From Paramoeba atlantica (lineage: Eukaryota; Protista; Discosea): a stretch of DNA of 64,000 nucleotides. The notes under the pieces are model-generated. The model worked only from the letters and a program-made list of their open reading frames with translations. It had not been told where the DNA came from and did not search any database. Shown here one piece after another: positions 11,159 to 22,949 of the stretch (positions are counted from its first letter, which is position 1; each line of letters opens with the position of its first letter). The stretch spans positions 310,001-374,000 of the forward strand of contig CDRNVI010000002.1 of the NCBI GenBank assembly GCA_977017575.1, written 5' to 3'. Position numbers and translations under genes: made by a program.

Positions 11159-12628
11159 CTATTTTTTCCGAATCACAAACAGCAATGCGCCTGCAATCAC
11201 TGCCCCCAACACCCCATACAGGCACAGCTCCACGGTATCCGCGGAGATCCCCCAAATCGTGTCCTCCGCCTCCTCCTCCCTCTTATCCTCCCCCTCCTTC
11301 TCCTGTGGCGGTTTGTTCACCACGGAGGCGGGATCAAAATAGGGGTTGATGTAAACCACAGGGCGACCGCCCGGGGTCACCGGGTTCCCAGGACCCACCC
11401 CGGAGGAATAGGGCCCATTGGGGGGGAAATACGGGTGCATCCCTGTTGGGTGGTTCCAATGCGTATGGGGATACCCTCCACTCCCCTCATTTAGACCATA
11501 CCCCCCGGAAGGGGCATTTCCCACAACGGGGGGAGGCCCCCGGGGGTGTAGGCCCACAACGTTTTGTGGTGCAGCACGACTCGAGGGGGCTACGCCAGAT
11601 TGTGTGGCTCCCCCACCCCCGGTAGTACTCGGGGGATTGGCTTTTTGTTGTTTCATCCACTCCGGCTCCCCTTCAATGTGAAGATTGTGACACTGGGGTC
11701 CAAACTCACACACCCCGACACGGAAATACACACACACCGCGGGGGTATCTTGTGCCGTTTTCGCCTTATTTTGATTGGTCTCTACTTTCTTTTTCAGCTC
11801 TGCCATGGTTTCCTCTGAAATCCCACAATTCTTCGCCCGCACCACCACGAGCTGTGGTTTCCGCTCCACGAGCGCACAGAGGCTCTTTCCCACCTCCTCC
11901 CCGAGCGCATTCTCACACAAATCCAGACTCGCAACCCTGGGATGGTCCCCGAGGGCTCGAATCAGTGCGCTCCACCCAATTTCACTCCCCGCTGTGTTTT
12001 GAATCGTCACGACACGAATGGATTGGTTGCGGGTTAACACGTGACTGATCGCGAGCAACTCCTCATCGGTGATTTTATATTCGTCAGGGTTAGGTTTCGT
12101 TTGGGGTTGTCGTGGTGTGGGGGGTACGGTTTCCTTTGCCGTTTCTTCATGGGTCATCACCTCTTCCTCTTTTGTCACCACCATCTCCTCCTCCTCCTTC
12201 TTTACCTTCCCGTCAAACAACCGTACGGCACTAATCGCGTCGTGATGGATCTCACTGAGTAGCGTTCGTAGATTACTCTCGCGGTCGGTTAACCCATAAC
12301 TCGAGTGGTAGCACGGGACACCGAGGTGGGAGGCGGCACGGCCCGCGGCGTGTCGCGCGTTGGTGAAACGGCGCGGCGGTCGCAGCGGCTCCGAGAGGTA
12401 CTGCGGGGAGATGCGAGCCCCGTCGGAGAGGGCGCGGGCGGCGGGGGAGGGGGAGGGGGGAGGGGGGGTGGCGGGAGAGCTACTCGTACTGGAACCTGGG
12501 GTAGGAAGAAGAGGGGTCGTGGAACCGGGGATGGGGTCGTGGAGAGGCACTTGACGCATGCCGACACGACGGGAACGACGACGGGTGCGGTCGGTGACGC
12601 CTTTGGTGGTGTCGGAATCGGGGTCCAT
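11159..12628 (-). CDS. RNI-like LRR + CCCH zinc finger + C-terminal membrane anchor protein
   Basis: LDLCENALGEEVG-type LRRs; CVYFRVGVCEFGPQCHNLH (C-x5-C-x5-C-x3-H); terminal helix LCLYGVLGAVIAGALLFVIRKK. Confidence 0.75.
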   Translation of the reverse strand: MDPDSDTTKGVTDRTRRRSRRVGMRQVPLHDPIPGSTTPLLPTPGSSTSSSPATPPPPSPSPAARALSDGARISPQYLSEPLRPPRRFTNARHAAGRAASHLGVPCYHSSYGLTDRESNLRTLLSEIHHDAISAVRLFDGKVKKEEEEMVVTKEEEVMTHEETAKETVPPTPRQPQTKPNPDEYKITDEELLAISHVLTRNQSIRVVTIQNTAGSEIGWSALIRALGDHPRVASLDLCENALGEEVGKSLCALVERKPQLVVVRAKNCGISEETMAELKKKVETNQNKAKTAQDTPAVCVYFRVGVCEFGPQCHNLHIEGEPEWMKQQKANPPSTTGGGGATQSGVAPSSRAAPQNVVGLHPRGPPPVVGNAPSGGYGLNEGSGGYPHTHWNHPTGMHPYFPPNGPYSSGVGPGNPVTPGGRPVVYINPYFDPASVVNKPPQEKEGEDKREEEAEDTIWGISADTVELCLYGVLGAVIAGALLFVIRKK

Positions 12629-13064
12629 GGAGGAGTGGGGTGGCAGAGGGTAAGAATAGAGAAAGGGAAAGTGGAAAAAAAGGAGAATGTTAAGGAAAAA
12701 TTAAGGAGTAGAAATGCATGGGTAGTGCGGGTCGGAGAAGGGTGCTTTCAGGGGTGCGGGCTGAATTTAGAAAACTAAAGCAGGTTTAAATGTCGGATGA
12801 AGAAATTTTTTATTGGGGTCGCGTTTTTCAGTTTTCCTCTGATTTTTCTTTTATTTTTTAATGTTTTTAATAAAGTTGCCAAATACATGCCTTGGAGTGT
12901 GGGATCGTCAAAAATGTTCTTTGTGTACACGTTACATGTACCTGCGTACATCTTTACATTCTCTGATCATTTTTTAAATGTCATTCGCAATGTTCACCTA
13001 TACACACCTGGTTCCTATCGTACCCCATACCCTCCTATTCTCAATAGACATACTGAACATGGAA

Positions 13065-14075
13065 CTACTCCACCACCTTCTTCTTGTAACAAGAGCGCAT
13101 CTCCTCCACAAGCTTCGCGTGGTCCACATTCTTGGTAAGCTGCGCGGCACGGGCGTAGATATCAAAAATCCGCTCATCCCCATTGTACTCATGCACGACC
13201 CGGGACCACGCCTCGAGCGTATCCAAACTCTTACACTTGCGAATTTCCTCCGAGGAAATCGCCCGGGAGGGGTCAACATCATCCCGGAGCTGGGCGCACT
13301 CTTTTTCGAGCTCCGGGGTCCAGTTCGAGGCCTTCGCCTCCTCGGCGTGGTCCCTCTCCACCTGGTCCACCACCTCCAACATCTCCTTCCGCGCCTCCGC
13401 GTCATTCGCCGCGACCGTCTGGAAATCATCATAGTACACAATATGGTACTTCTCCGGGAGCCATGCCATCAGCCGCTCACTGATCTCATTCCGGTCATAC
13501 GGGTGCAGCTCCGTGTTCAAATTCCACCGCGTCTTCTCCCGCAACGACGACGGCGAGCCCCCGGGGAGGATATCCAGCCGGTTATCCTCCGCGACCTCAT
13601 TCGCCCGGATACACTTCACGTACTTCATCTCGGCCTGGACGTGCTCCTCATCCACGATGCGGGCCAGCATGCTGTCCTCGACCGCGGGGCCGCGCGCGGC
13701 GTACTTCCCCTCGCGGAGGAGGGCCTGGGAGCGGGCCACGACGTTGGCCTGTTTCTCCAGCCGCAGCCGCGTCTCGTTGCCGAACTCCTTGCGGTTGAGG
13801 CCGGGGTTCATGCGGTCCGCGTCGAAGAGGAGGCACTCGTAGGTGGAGAGGAAGGTGAGGGGGGGGAACCAGGTGAGGATGTCGCGGACCTCCTCGGGGG
13901 GGCGGTGGACGGGTTTGAGGTGGGCGGGCCTCTCCCCGGTCCAGCGGAACGCGCTGAGGTCGCACTCCATGAGGTGGCCGTACCACCGGTCCGGGTCCCC
14001 GGCACGGCCTTGGGCGAGCAGGGAGGGGGTGGGGCGGAGCAGGGAGGAGAGGGTGCGGCGGAGGAGGGAGGGCAT
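13065..14075 (-). CDS. Probable mitochondrion-targeted protein (336 aa), function unassigned
   Basis: Arg/Ser/Leu-rich presequence-like N-terminus (MPSLLRRTLSSLLR), strong GC3 codon bias, upstream polypyrimidine tract. Confidence 0.7.
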   Translation of the reverse strand: MPSLLRRTLSSLLRPTPSLLAQGRAGDPDRWYGHLMECDLSAFRWTGERPAHLKPVHRPPEEVRDILTWFPPLTFLSTYECLLFDADRMNPGLNRKEFGNETRLRLEKQANVVARSQALLREGKYAARGPAVEDSMLARIVDEEHVQAEMKYVKCIRANEVAEDNRLDILPGGSPSSLREKTRWNLNTELHPYDRNEISERLMAWLPEKYHIVYYDDFQTVAANDAEARKEMLEVVDQVERDHAEEAKASNWTPELEKECAQLRDDVDPSRAISSEEIRKCKSLDTLEAWSRVVHEYNGDERIFDIYARAAQLTKNVDHAKLVEEMRSCYKKKVVE

Positions 14076-14325
14076 GGAGGGGGGAGGGGAGGGGGTGGAT
14101 TTGGGGTGGGAAGAGGGGGTAGATAAAAGAGTAAAGAGAACTTGGAGGATAAAATAAGGTTTGGAAAGTGTGGGTTACGAAAAAGAATAAATGTCGTGTA
14201 TAAAGTGAGTTTGTTTTATTCTAAAAAGGTTTTTTTTATAAGTTTAAATAGAGGGCTCTTCGTCACGCTTTCGTTACATTCTTGCTTTATGAGGGGAAAT
14301 TTCACGGACCTTCCCTTTTCTCCCT

Positions 14326-14820
14326 TTAGTGTTTCACAAACGCTTTGCCTTGCTTCTCTGTGCCCCGCTTGTGTAGCTTAATCACGTTGTAGCGTACCGT
14401 CTTGCTCAGCGGGCGGCATTCCCCAATCACAACCTCATCCCCAACAGCAGGACGAAAGCACGGGGCGCAGTGTACGGCCATGTTCTTGTGGCGCTTCTCG
14501 TAACGGCCGTACTTCTTCCGGAAGTGCATGTAGTCCCGGCGGACGATAATAGTGCGCTGCATCTTGGCCGAACGCACCACACCACGAAGAATGCGGCCAC
14601 GAATGGAGACTGCGCCCGTGAAGGGGCATTTCTTGTCGACGTAGTGAGACTCAATCGCTTCCTTGGGAACTTTGTAGCCGAGACCAATGTTTTTGAAGTA
14701 ACGACACTTGCCCTTGCGGCCGAGGTGGCTTTTGCTGTCCTCGAAAACGTTTTCCTGCTTCTGGTACGCGCGTTCGGTCTGGTCCGCGTGTTCGGTGGAT
14801 ACGACGTATCGTTTTACCAT
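14326..14820 (-). CDS. RPS11: 40S ribosomal protein S11 (uS17)
   Basis: [59 protein letters not shown]. Confidence 0.97.
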   Translation of the reverse strand: MVKRYVVSTEHADQTERAYQKQENVFEDSKSHLGRKGKCRYFKNIGLGYKVPKEAIESHYVDKKCPFTGAVSIRGRILRGVVRSAKMQRTIIVRRDYMHFRKKYGRYEKRHKNMAVHCAPCFRPAVGDEVVIGECRPLSKTVRYNVIKLHKRGTEKQGKAFVKH

Positions 14821-15069
14821 TGAAAAAGGGGGTAATTCGAGTAAAGATTCTTGTAAAGACAGTAAAGATGGAAATAAAGGAGTGATTTCTTCAAAGGAAC
14901 AAATACTTTTTAATCATCCCGCTTTTTAATCACGTCCCGGAATGAAAGAAACCTAAACAAAGAGATATTCTAATCCAACTTTGTACATAAGAAATAAAAA
15001 TGTTAATGTCTTCTGTGGCCCATTCTTGCTTGTCCGTCTCGTTTGGAACATCACAAATGGCCTGGAAGG

Positions 15070-15858
15070 TCACGGGCACGTACCTCTCCAATCACTGTGG
15101 TTTTCCGGCAACATCATTTGCCGACGAGTCCATTGAAATTCGCTCTCTGAACTCTCGGGTGGGAGACAAGGACAAAACAGCGGTGCGGAGATCCGAATCT
15201 CGCGTGCGTTTTTACCCTCGTCGCCCTTCTGAGCATTCGGGTGAAACACCTGTCGAATGCGCAGTTCTATTTCGGGTGCAGTGCGCAGCCAACGGGGAAG
15301 ATAGCCCCACCCACTCGTATCGGAGTCCTCCTCTTCGCTCTCGTCCTCTCTCCACTGTACCATACAGTGGCCGTCACGTGCGTTGGGGTCGGAGCCATAT
15401 TGTATCGCAACGTCATCTAATTTTTCTAAGATGGGGTCGGGGGGACAAATACCGCCTGCTTCGAAGGCCTCATCTTTATCGTTGTGTTGACACCAAACAT
15501 TAGACTCCCGCAAGTGGGAGTACGATACCACTTTTCCCCCTTTTAAAATCTCCATTTCGTATGGTGAGGAGGGAAGACGAAACACTTTCTTCCGTTTCGC
15601 AATGCGATGGGCGAAGGGAAAAATTCGAATCGGGTATTCGACTCGTTGTATGGAGAAACCAAGAAAGGAAAGTACTTCCTCGTCGAGTTCTAGATAACAT
15701 TTATGGTTGATCGTGGTTGGAGCAGTGACCTCAAAAGCCGGGGATGTGTTCTGAAGGAAAGTGAAGAAGCATGCTAATAACAGCAGCAAAGAGTAGAAAA
15801 TGCAACCGTTTGATTGCATTACATAAAAGACAGCAACGTAGACTTCAAATAGCAACAA
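15070..15858 (-). CDS. Hypothetical protein (up to 262 aa)
   Basis: Open frame on the polycistron strand; start uncertain; no recognised motif. Confidence 0.45.
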   Translation of the reverse strand: MLLFEVYVAVFYVMQSNGCIFYSLLLLLACFFTFLQNTSPAFEVTAPTTINHKCYLELDEEVLSFLGFSIQRVEYPIRIFPFAHRIAKRKKVFRLPSSPYEMEILKGGKVVSYSHLRESNVWCQHNDKDEAFEAGGICPPDPILEKLDDVAIQYGSDPNARDGHCMVQWREDESEEEDSDTSGWGYLPRWLRTAPEIELRIRQVFHPNAQKGDEGKNAREIRISAPLFCPCLPPESSESEFQWTRRQMMLPENHSDWRGTCP

Positions 15859-15903
15859 AATCTTTCTTATTTTTTTTGTTTAGGGGGCGGGGGTGCCACT
15901 ATA

Positions 15904-17463
15904 CAGGGGGGGTCACGAAAAAGGTGGGGGGTATAAAATTTGTACCATGCGAGCTTTTGACCTAATTCCTTCGGCATTCAACAGATCTCGAAATTTTAAG
16001 ACTACTGGCTCCATTGTTGCCGCCCCTGAAGCTGATATGACGTCATGATAAAATTTTACTGAATTTTTTACCTGAAAATTCTGTAAAAAATAGGATTTTT
16101 ATCATTTTTTATCATTTTAGCCCATTAATCTATGAATAAAATACCACTTAACTCTTTCTAACACATCTTTTATGCCGAAAACACTTCGCCGCCAGAGGCG
16201 CACCCTCTCGACGCAACAAATCACTTATAAAACACGTGTAATTTGCGTCCATGAGGTACAAAACCAGGGACGTTCGATTACAGACACTGCTGCTCTTATG
16301 AAATGCAGTGAAGCAACTGTCTCTCGATAGGTTAAACGCCACCCGGAGACAGGAGGGTTAGAACGTATAAAATACATACGTAAGAATGCGATTGATAATG
16401 AAGAGTTTCGAATAATGTTAGAATCTATTGTAGATGAAGAAAATCAACGTAGTCCCATTGGCTGTCCATCTTGGAGGTGGGTTCACCGCCAGATCGATCA
16501 AACCAAGTACCCATGCTCTCTTTCGTCTGTGAAAAGATCACTGAAAAGGAGCGGGTACATAAGCAGAAAAATGAGGAAAGTTCCTCATCTCACGCCTCAG
16601 CACAAATTCGACCGCCTGGAGTTGGCAAATCGTTTGGAGAGGTTCACCCCTTTTCAATACGCCCGTATTCTGTGTACGGATGAAAAGATTTTTAAATGCG
16701 GGTACCACTCACACAATATTTGGTACATTTGCAAAAGGTCAGATGAACCCCTTGAGGTACCAAAAGATGTTGAGAAATATTTCGGAGGAAAGGGGGTTCA
16801 TATTTGGATGGCGGTGAGCCTTGAATGGGGGGTTCCCAAGGTTCACTGTTTTCATGAGTTTGCGGAGAATGAGACGGTCACTATTGAAACGTTTCTCTCT
16901 GCCATGACAAAACGAAATGGTTTCTACAACTGGTTAAAGCGTAAACCAGCGGCAACAGTGATCATGGATAACGCTCCGGGCCATAATCACGCTCGCCGCG
17001 TCGGCAGAGACATGGGTATCAGCATTCCTGATTGGCCTGCCAAGTCGCCGGATTTAAATTTAATTGAAAATTTGTGGAGCATGATGGATCACCACATAAA
17101 ATTTACTCTCCGCCCCACAAACCGTAAGGAACTACAAGCTGCAATTCTAAAAGCGCTTGATTATCTATTATCTGATATGAAAGCATCGTATAATAATACT
17201 TTGACGAGCTTCCCGTCCCGAATAAGACTTCTTCGAGAAAAAAACGGGGGATCAATAATGAAATAATGAGAAAATCCGAATATGCAAAAAACAAAAAAAC
17301 CTGTTTTTTGCCGACTCACCATTATCACTCAACCTTATATGCCTAAGTAGTTATAACTCACGCAGTCTTAAAATTTCGAGATCTGTTGAACGCCGAAGGA
17401 ATTAGGTCAAAAGCTCGCACGGTACAAATTTTAGACACCCCACTCTTTTCGTGACCCCCCCTG
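15904..17463 (+). mobile_element. Full-length IS630-Tc1-mariner DNA transposon (1560 bp)
   Basis: ~110-bp imperfect TIRs starting CAGGGGGGGTCACGAAAA, TA on both flanks, central transposase. Confidence 0.95.
16172..17266 (+). pseudogene. Tc1-like DD32E transposase with one premature TAG (16328-16330)
   Basis: ATG at 16172 is in frame with ORF 16415-17266; HTH-like N-terminus; CTDE...MDNAPGH...WPAKSPDLNLIENLW. Confidence 0.9.
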
Positions 17464-17574
17464 TATTTCGTATGAGAGGGGATGCACTGACGCGCCTGTA
17501 AAACTAGCTCTTCTTCCTTCTTCCTTCCCATGTCCCATCAAAAATTGAAACTATTTCACAATTAGTCCTGGATA

Positions 17575-19240
17575 TAAACGTTGTAGCTTTTAAACTCGCA
17601 CATTCATTACGATGACCTTTTCATGAAATGTACATTTCATGTACATTTCATGAAATGTACATGTATGTAAAAAGGAAGAAAAATTATATATATTCTATCG
17701 GTAATTTCATCGGTATCTCGTCGCAGACAGGTACAGATGCATCGTCACAGGATTGAAGTTTAAAACTTCAAGACAAAGTCTGCGTTTTAAGCGACTCAGA
17801 ATAATGCAATTGTTTAAATATGGAATTCTAACCCCTGATTCTAACCAACATGTTCAGGTCAAAGCGCATTAGTAGAAAAGTATTCATGCAAATCATACAA
17901 GACTGAAACAAAGGTATCATCACGTTAGAAAAATACCCCCCTTGGCACGAACCAAACTGAAATTCGCGAATAAACAGTGCTGGATAAAAACAATGTAACC
18001 TTTAAATTGGAACATTCATTACGATGACCTTTTCATCCGTATCTCGTCGCAGACAGGTACAGATGAATTGTCACAGGATTGAAGTTTAAAACTTCAAGAC
18101 ATGTGGATTGTCAATGTCAGTGCAACAATTTGTCATACTCAGTGCAACAAATTAATAATAATTGTCATACTCAGCGCAACAAAAGGTTAATTCTACATAA
18201 TACACTTCATATACTAATTTCTACATAATTCAGTTCATTCAACAAAGTCTGCGTTTTAAGTGACTCAGAACAATGCAACTGTGTAAATATTGTTTTGTCA
18301 TGCATTCATAGTGCAGAGATAAGCCCCACAGTGTCCTTAGCTGCATACGACAGGTGGATCAAGTGGGGGTTCGTCCTCGCCGGAGGGGTACGGGTGCGGA
18401 GGGCTGGCGTCCCAGGTGCTGAGAGCTCGGTTGTCATGTGCAGGTGCAGAGAGCCGGATGCGCAATACCCATATTACAGTTTCGGAGGCAATACGGGTAC
18501 AGAGAGCTGCGACAGAGCCGAGGTGCGGAGAGCTGGGTGACCGCCAGGTGCAGAGAGCCGGGAGGCTCGTGGGCGGAGGACACGTCTAGTGGTCCTCAAG
18601 GGAGGCCACCGTGACGCATTGCCTCCTCGGAAAGGCAGGCACGGGAGAAAGAGAAGCCGAGAGAGGGAAGCACACTCACTCCAGGGGGTGAGTCGGGAAG
18701 GGGTGAAGGGGTGGAAGCGCGTGCCCTGCTTCAACAATATAGAGGGACAGCTTCAGCTTTAGTGCCGGCCGGCAAAGGGCATAGAAATACAGTATGCCCG
18801 TTGCCGGGGAAAGAAAGGATGAACTAAGGAAAAAGTACCAACAAGGTCCAAAAACTGTATTGGAATTCTAATCCTTGTGCAATCAACAAGTATTCATGCA
18901 AATCATACAAGGCTGAAACAAAGGTATCATCACGTTAGACAAATACCCCCCTTAGCAGGAACCAATGAACTACTACTGTACTAATACACAAAGAGAGTTT
19001 GCAGAACGATTCAATGAAAACTATTCTACATTTCGCATTAAATAATGAGGAACACGAAACTCGCGAGTGAAAGTAGGATATAAACAATGTAGCTTTTAAA
19101 TTGGAACATTCATTACGATGACCTTTTCATCGGTATCTCGTCGCAGACAGGTACAGATGCATTGTCACAGGATTGAAGTTTAAACTTCAAGACAAAGTCT
19201 GCGTTTTAAGCGACTCAGAACAATGCAACTGTGTAAATAA
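17575..19240. repeat. Cluster of ~400-bp units sharing a ~110-bp core with a TTGAAGTTT(T)(A)AAACTTCAA palindrome
   Basis: Core ...CGGTATCTCGTCGCAGACAGGTACAGATG...TTGAAGTTTAAACTTCAAGAC at ~17706, ~18040 and ~19130. Confidence 0.9.
18295..18825. repeat. ~530-bp GC-rich dispersed element, copy 1 (partner at ~47450-47980)
   Basis: Colinear similarity with 47450-47980; six GGT(G/A)C(A/G/T)GAG(A/G)GC motifs. Confidence 0.9.
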
Positions 19241-19299
19241 TTTTTATTGGGGGAGATACCACTCCCTCGCTATCCTCTGGCCCGAAATTTCGCCTCGAC

Positions 19300-20195
19300 A
19301 AAAACATTTCCGGAAAAAAAATCGCTAAGAATCAAAGGCAACACCACAAATACCAATAATTTGCACCAGTGAGAAACCCCTTCTCCGGATGTTGGCGATA
19401 CAAGGCTCGGAGGGTAACGTAAAGAAATATGAGTTTCAAACCCAGCCCCTTGGAATGAGAATCCCTCGGCAAGGTGTCTCTCGTGTGTTCTCGATCAAAA
19501 CGAAACTCAGTTATTGTATGTGAAGCCGGGTTTTGCTTATTATGATATTTCTTCATGTGTGTTCCGATATCGCTTAGTGATTGTTTTCAATAGCATGTTG
19601 GGTTAAGCCTCAAAGCTCTCCTGGTAGAAACTAGAGCTTTATGATACAGTCGGCTTTTTTCTATGCTTATCAGGCAGGTTCTCGGGATATGCAACATGCT
19701 CGCTCCAAGTGGAGATACCATAAGGAAGATCACGATAATCGTCATCAATAAGCTTTAAAGAGACTTTCTTAAGATCTAGGGGATGGACCGGCCACGTCGC
19801 CAGTGCAATTAAATCGTTCCACCCAGAGTTTCACAGTTCCCTCGTGGACACCAAAATTTTGGGCAGTCCGGGAATAAGACTCTGTTTTCTCAAAGTCCGC
19901 CACAAGAAGCATCATGTGACTTTCCATAATCTTCCCTGGTGAGGCATAAAACACCACGGGAAGCCCTTGAACGAACTCGCTTTTGAGGCATGAAACGGGG
20001 AAAAAACAAAAAATTGCCATATTTTCACAGGAAAAAAATACTCTTTTTGTCATCAGGTTAAATCGTACAAGTCGAGCGTTCCGAATACGCCAAAGACATA
20101 CAACCCTGCGAGAGCTCTCCAATGCGCTATTATTTCAAAAAATTGAGCAAATTTTACAAATTTTAGACCCCCCTAGATGGAAGTTTTCACCCCTG
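19300..20195 (-). mobile_element. Degraded Tc1-like element (5' TIR plus HTH remnant)
   Basis: TA-CAGGGGTGAAAA TIR with the GCGCATT.GAGAGCTCTC motif at 20108-20195; SYSRTAQNFGVHEGTVKLWVERF helix-turn-helix. Confidence 0.65.
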
Positions 20196-20749
20196 TATGG
20201 AATGTATATGCAACATAAGGCGTTGTTCAGGAAAATAAGAATCGAACATCTTCCTTTTATTCAGCACCTACCAGACAATATCTTAACAAAGGGGGTAAAA
20301 TTGCTTCCTTTACTGCTCCGGAAAAGATTACCTCTCCAATGCAATAAATAGAACAGATAAAAAATCTTAGGTGATTAGTTAAGCTTAACCCGGGTCCAAT
20401 GCTTATAACTGAGTTTCATTTTGCTCGAGAACACTTGAAAGACACTAGCATCCGAAATTTTCTGATTGGGCACGTAAGGAGCCCGCTTTGTAATGTTTTC
20501 AAAAATAAAAACATTGAAACATTTTATATGAGTTTACCTGATTTTGGTGCAGCCTCTTGCTACATTTAATGGTTACTGCATTGGAGAGACGGTAAAACAG
20601 CTTTTCTGAAGGTCGGACGTGGACTCCTGTGACCTCCAGTGATTACCAGCGACTGCCAGTGACTGACAAGATTGCAGGTATTTATGACAGTTACAGTTGC
20701 ACATACATTTTGGTAAAAAGAGTAATCGTTTAGTAAATTCATTGGTCAA

Positions 20750-21611
20750 GTGCGAAGCAAAATCAAATATTTCTCAGAAAGTCTAGTTTGCCACTACGGT
20801 ATTCTGGCATACATGGCCACAATAAAGAAGTACTGCTCTGTTTGCGACAGAGAGACGTTGTTCCGCGTTCGCTCCAATTCTTCCTGTCTGGATTGCTCCT
20901 CACGAGGTGATAATACAACATTATTTTTAGAAGCCTGCCAGCATTGTGCTGAAAATGGTGTCCCTGTTGGGAAGAATCTATGCCCACAGTGCCATGGCGC
21001 GCAAAGTTCGAAGATATTTGCATTACCATTAGTGGCCAAACTAAGCGAACGTGGGCTTGACATTGATAGAGTCAAGTACGTTTGTTGTTCTTATGTCGGG
21101 TGGAACATTTGTGGTCACACCATGTCGTTCTCCCAGGTGGCGCACATATTATGCATCATAAAAAATTGTGCTAAGGCTGGGCCCCGCAAGACGTATCTTC
21201 GATCAGCCGAGGCAGTCGCTTCTTGGCTGGGACGCGCTCTTCAAGGAAAAAGTACGCAAGATCTTTCAAAAACATTGCGTCGAATTTGGGAGTCCTATCG
21301 AGGACGTGAATCCTTCGAAAAGACAAACATGGCCCCCGAACCCCCCAACAAGCCCGTCTGAAGCTGACTATGAAACTAATGCCCATGAAAAGCTGGAGTT
21401 CAATGAACGACTCGCTCATTATCGTTCTCGCATTGAGCACGTATTCAGCCGTGCTTGTGTAGGTCGTTGGCTGGCGTTCAAAAACTGGACTTGGAATTCC
21501 AACTTATTGTTTTATGCATTTTCGTGTGCCCTTATAATTCATAATGTAGAAATGTTTGGTGAAAGTCAAGCATTATTTCACAAAAAGAAAATTGTTGATG
21601 TTCTCATTTGA
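20750..21611 (+). pseudogene. IS5/PIF-Harbinger/ISL2EU-like (DDE_Tnp_4) transposase remnant with Cys-rich N-terminus
   Basis: FNERLAHYRSRIEHVFS...RW..F C-terminal motif; several CxxC pairs upstream; two overlapping frames. Confidence 0.55.
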
Positions 21612-21819
21612 TCATATTTTATTTACAAAGTGTTTTTTAGGATATTTTTCGCATATTTCTGCACAGCCAAATTCTTCAAGTTCTGTATATGGTATGGCGA
21701 ACGGCCATAGTCGTGATCAAATGACTCTGGAAACACTTTTTTAAGTAGTCAAACTCTCGTTCTCGGAAAGCTGAGCAGATATTTGCAAACACACTTGAAG
21801 ACCGCCGTAGTTCCTCGAC

Positions 21820-22200
21820 TAATGACCCTGTGTTTGAACTGGCCGCAAGCGAACGTACCATTGTTCACACGGATGGATAGAGAGGCAGCAATGCCTTGGG
21901 CAACAGACTAAGCCATGGAACAGTAAAACATCGCCGTCACTGGGTTGATCCTGTCGCCGGGGTGCACACTCAGACTTCTGAGCGCATGAATGGAATGTTG
22001 AAAAAAGAAGTCCGCATGCGTGGCAACGGCACACTTGGTAGTGAAGTAGAAGCGCGAGACAACCGGCTGAAGTTCGCCTGAGAAGTTGTAAACGGTAAAC
22101 TGAAAAGAGGAGAACAAGACGGTTATGCCCTCCGTCGCCTGTTTCAAGACGTGAAGTGGTATTGCGAGAACGTGGAAATCGTTCTAGAACAAGTTTAAGC
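21820..22200 (+). pseudogene. Merlin/ISXO2 transposase C-terminal remnant
   Basis: IVHTDG*RG...HGTVKHRRHWVDPVAGVHTQTSERMNGMLKK; homologous to 5700-6005. Confidence 0.85.
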
Positions 22201-22949
22201 CAACGTTTAAGATAACTCGAAGAGAGTTTTAAGATGCTATAAATCTTATAAAAGTCAACATGAATAGTCAATATGAGATTTTTCTGAAAGGGTGAAATAA
22301 TGCTTGACTTTGACCAAATGTTTTTACGCCACAAAACATCAGGAAAATATGACAATAAAAAAGGGAATGATGTTGGGCGAAATATTCTGAAAGGCAAATT
22401 TCAAATTCGTAAGAACATGTTTTCTCGCTATCCGAAACCCAGCACTGCGTCCGAAGATCTGAAACAGGAAAAGTTGAGTAAATTTTTTAATTCAAGTATC
22501 TAAAAGAATTGAATATTAAAAATCACGTATTAAAAATGGTTTCATGCAACCAAACGTTCCATTTACTTTTTGTACAGTGGGTTTTTGTGCAGCACCTTTT
22601 GTACAGTAGGTTTGAACTCCAGCGCTTCGCTCCTCACTTCACTTCGTCCTATTTCTAGTCATCCTGACCTCCAGTGACTGCCAGAGACTGTCAGCGACCT
22701 TCAGCGACAGTCTACATACTCTCCATTATAGATGTTGCCTTCTTTCTTACAATCTAGTTTTTACTTGTTTTCAATTCCAATTCCAAAATTAAAACGCTCA
22801 CAATAAAGGAATGCTGGAAACATGCCTTTCCTACTTTACTAAAAGAACAAGATTACTTTTGACTTATATTATCTTGTTCTTTTATGCCTACACCGAGAGC
22901 TTTGAGAAACACTACACCCGACTCAGTCTAAACCTCAAACGAAGCTCTT

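Noticed and set aside
12978-14126. 382-aa plus-strand ORF, and similar ORFs at 37825-38598, 49077-50069 and 53573-54694
   Set aside because: Antisense shadows of GC3-rich real genes; no motifs.
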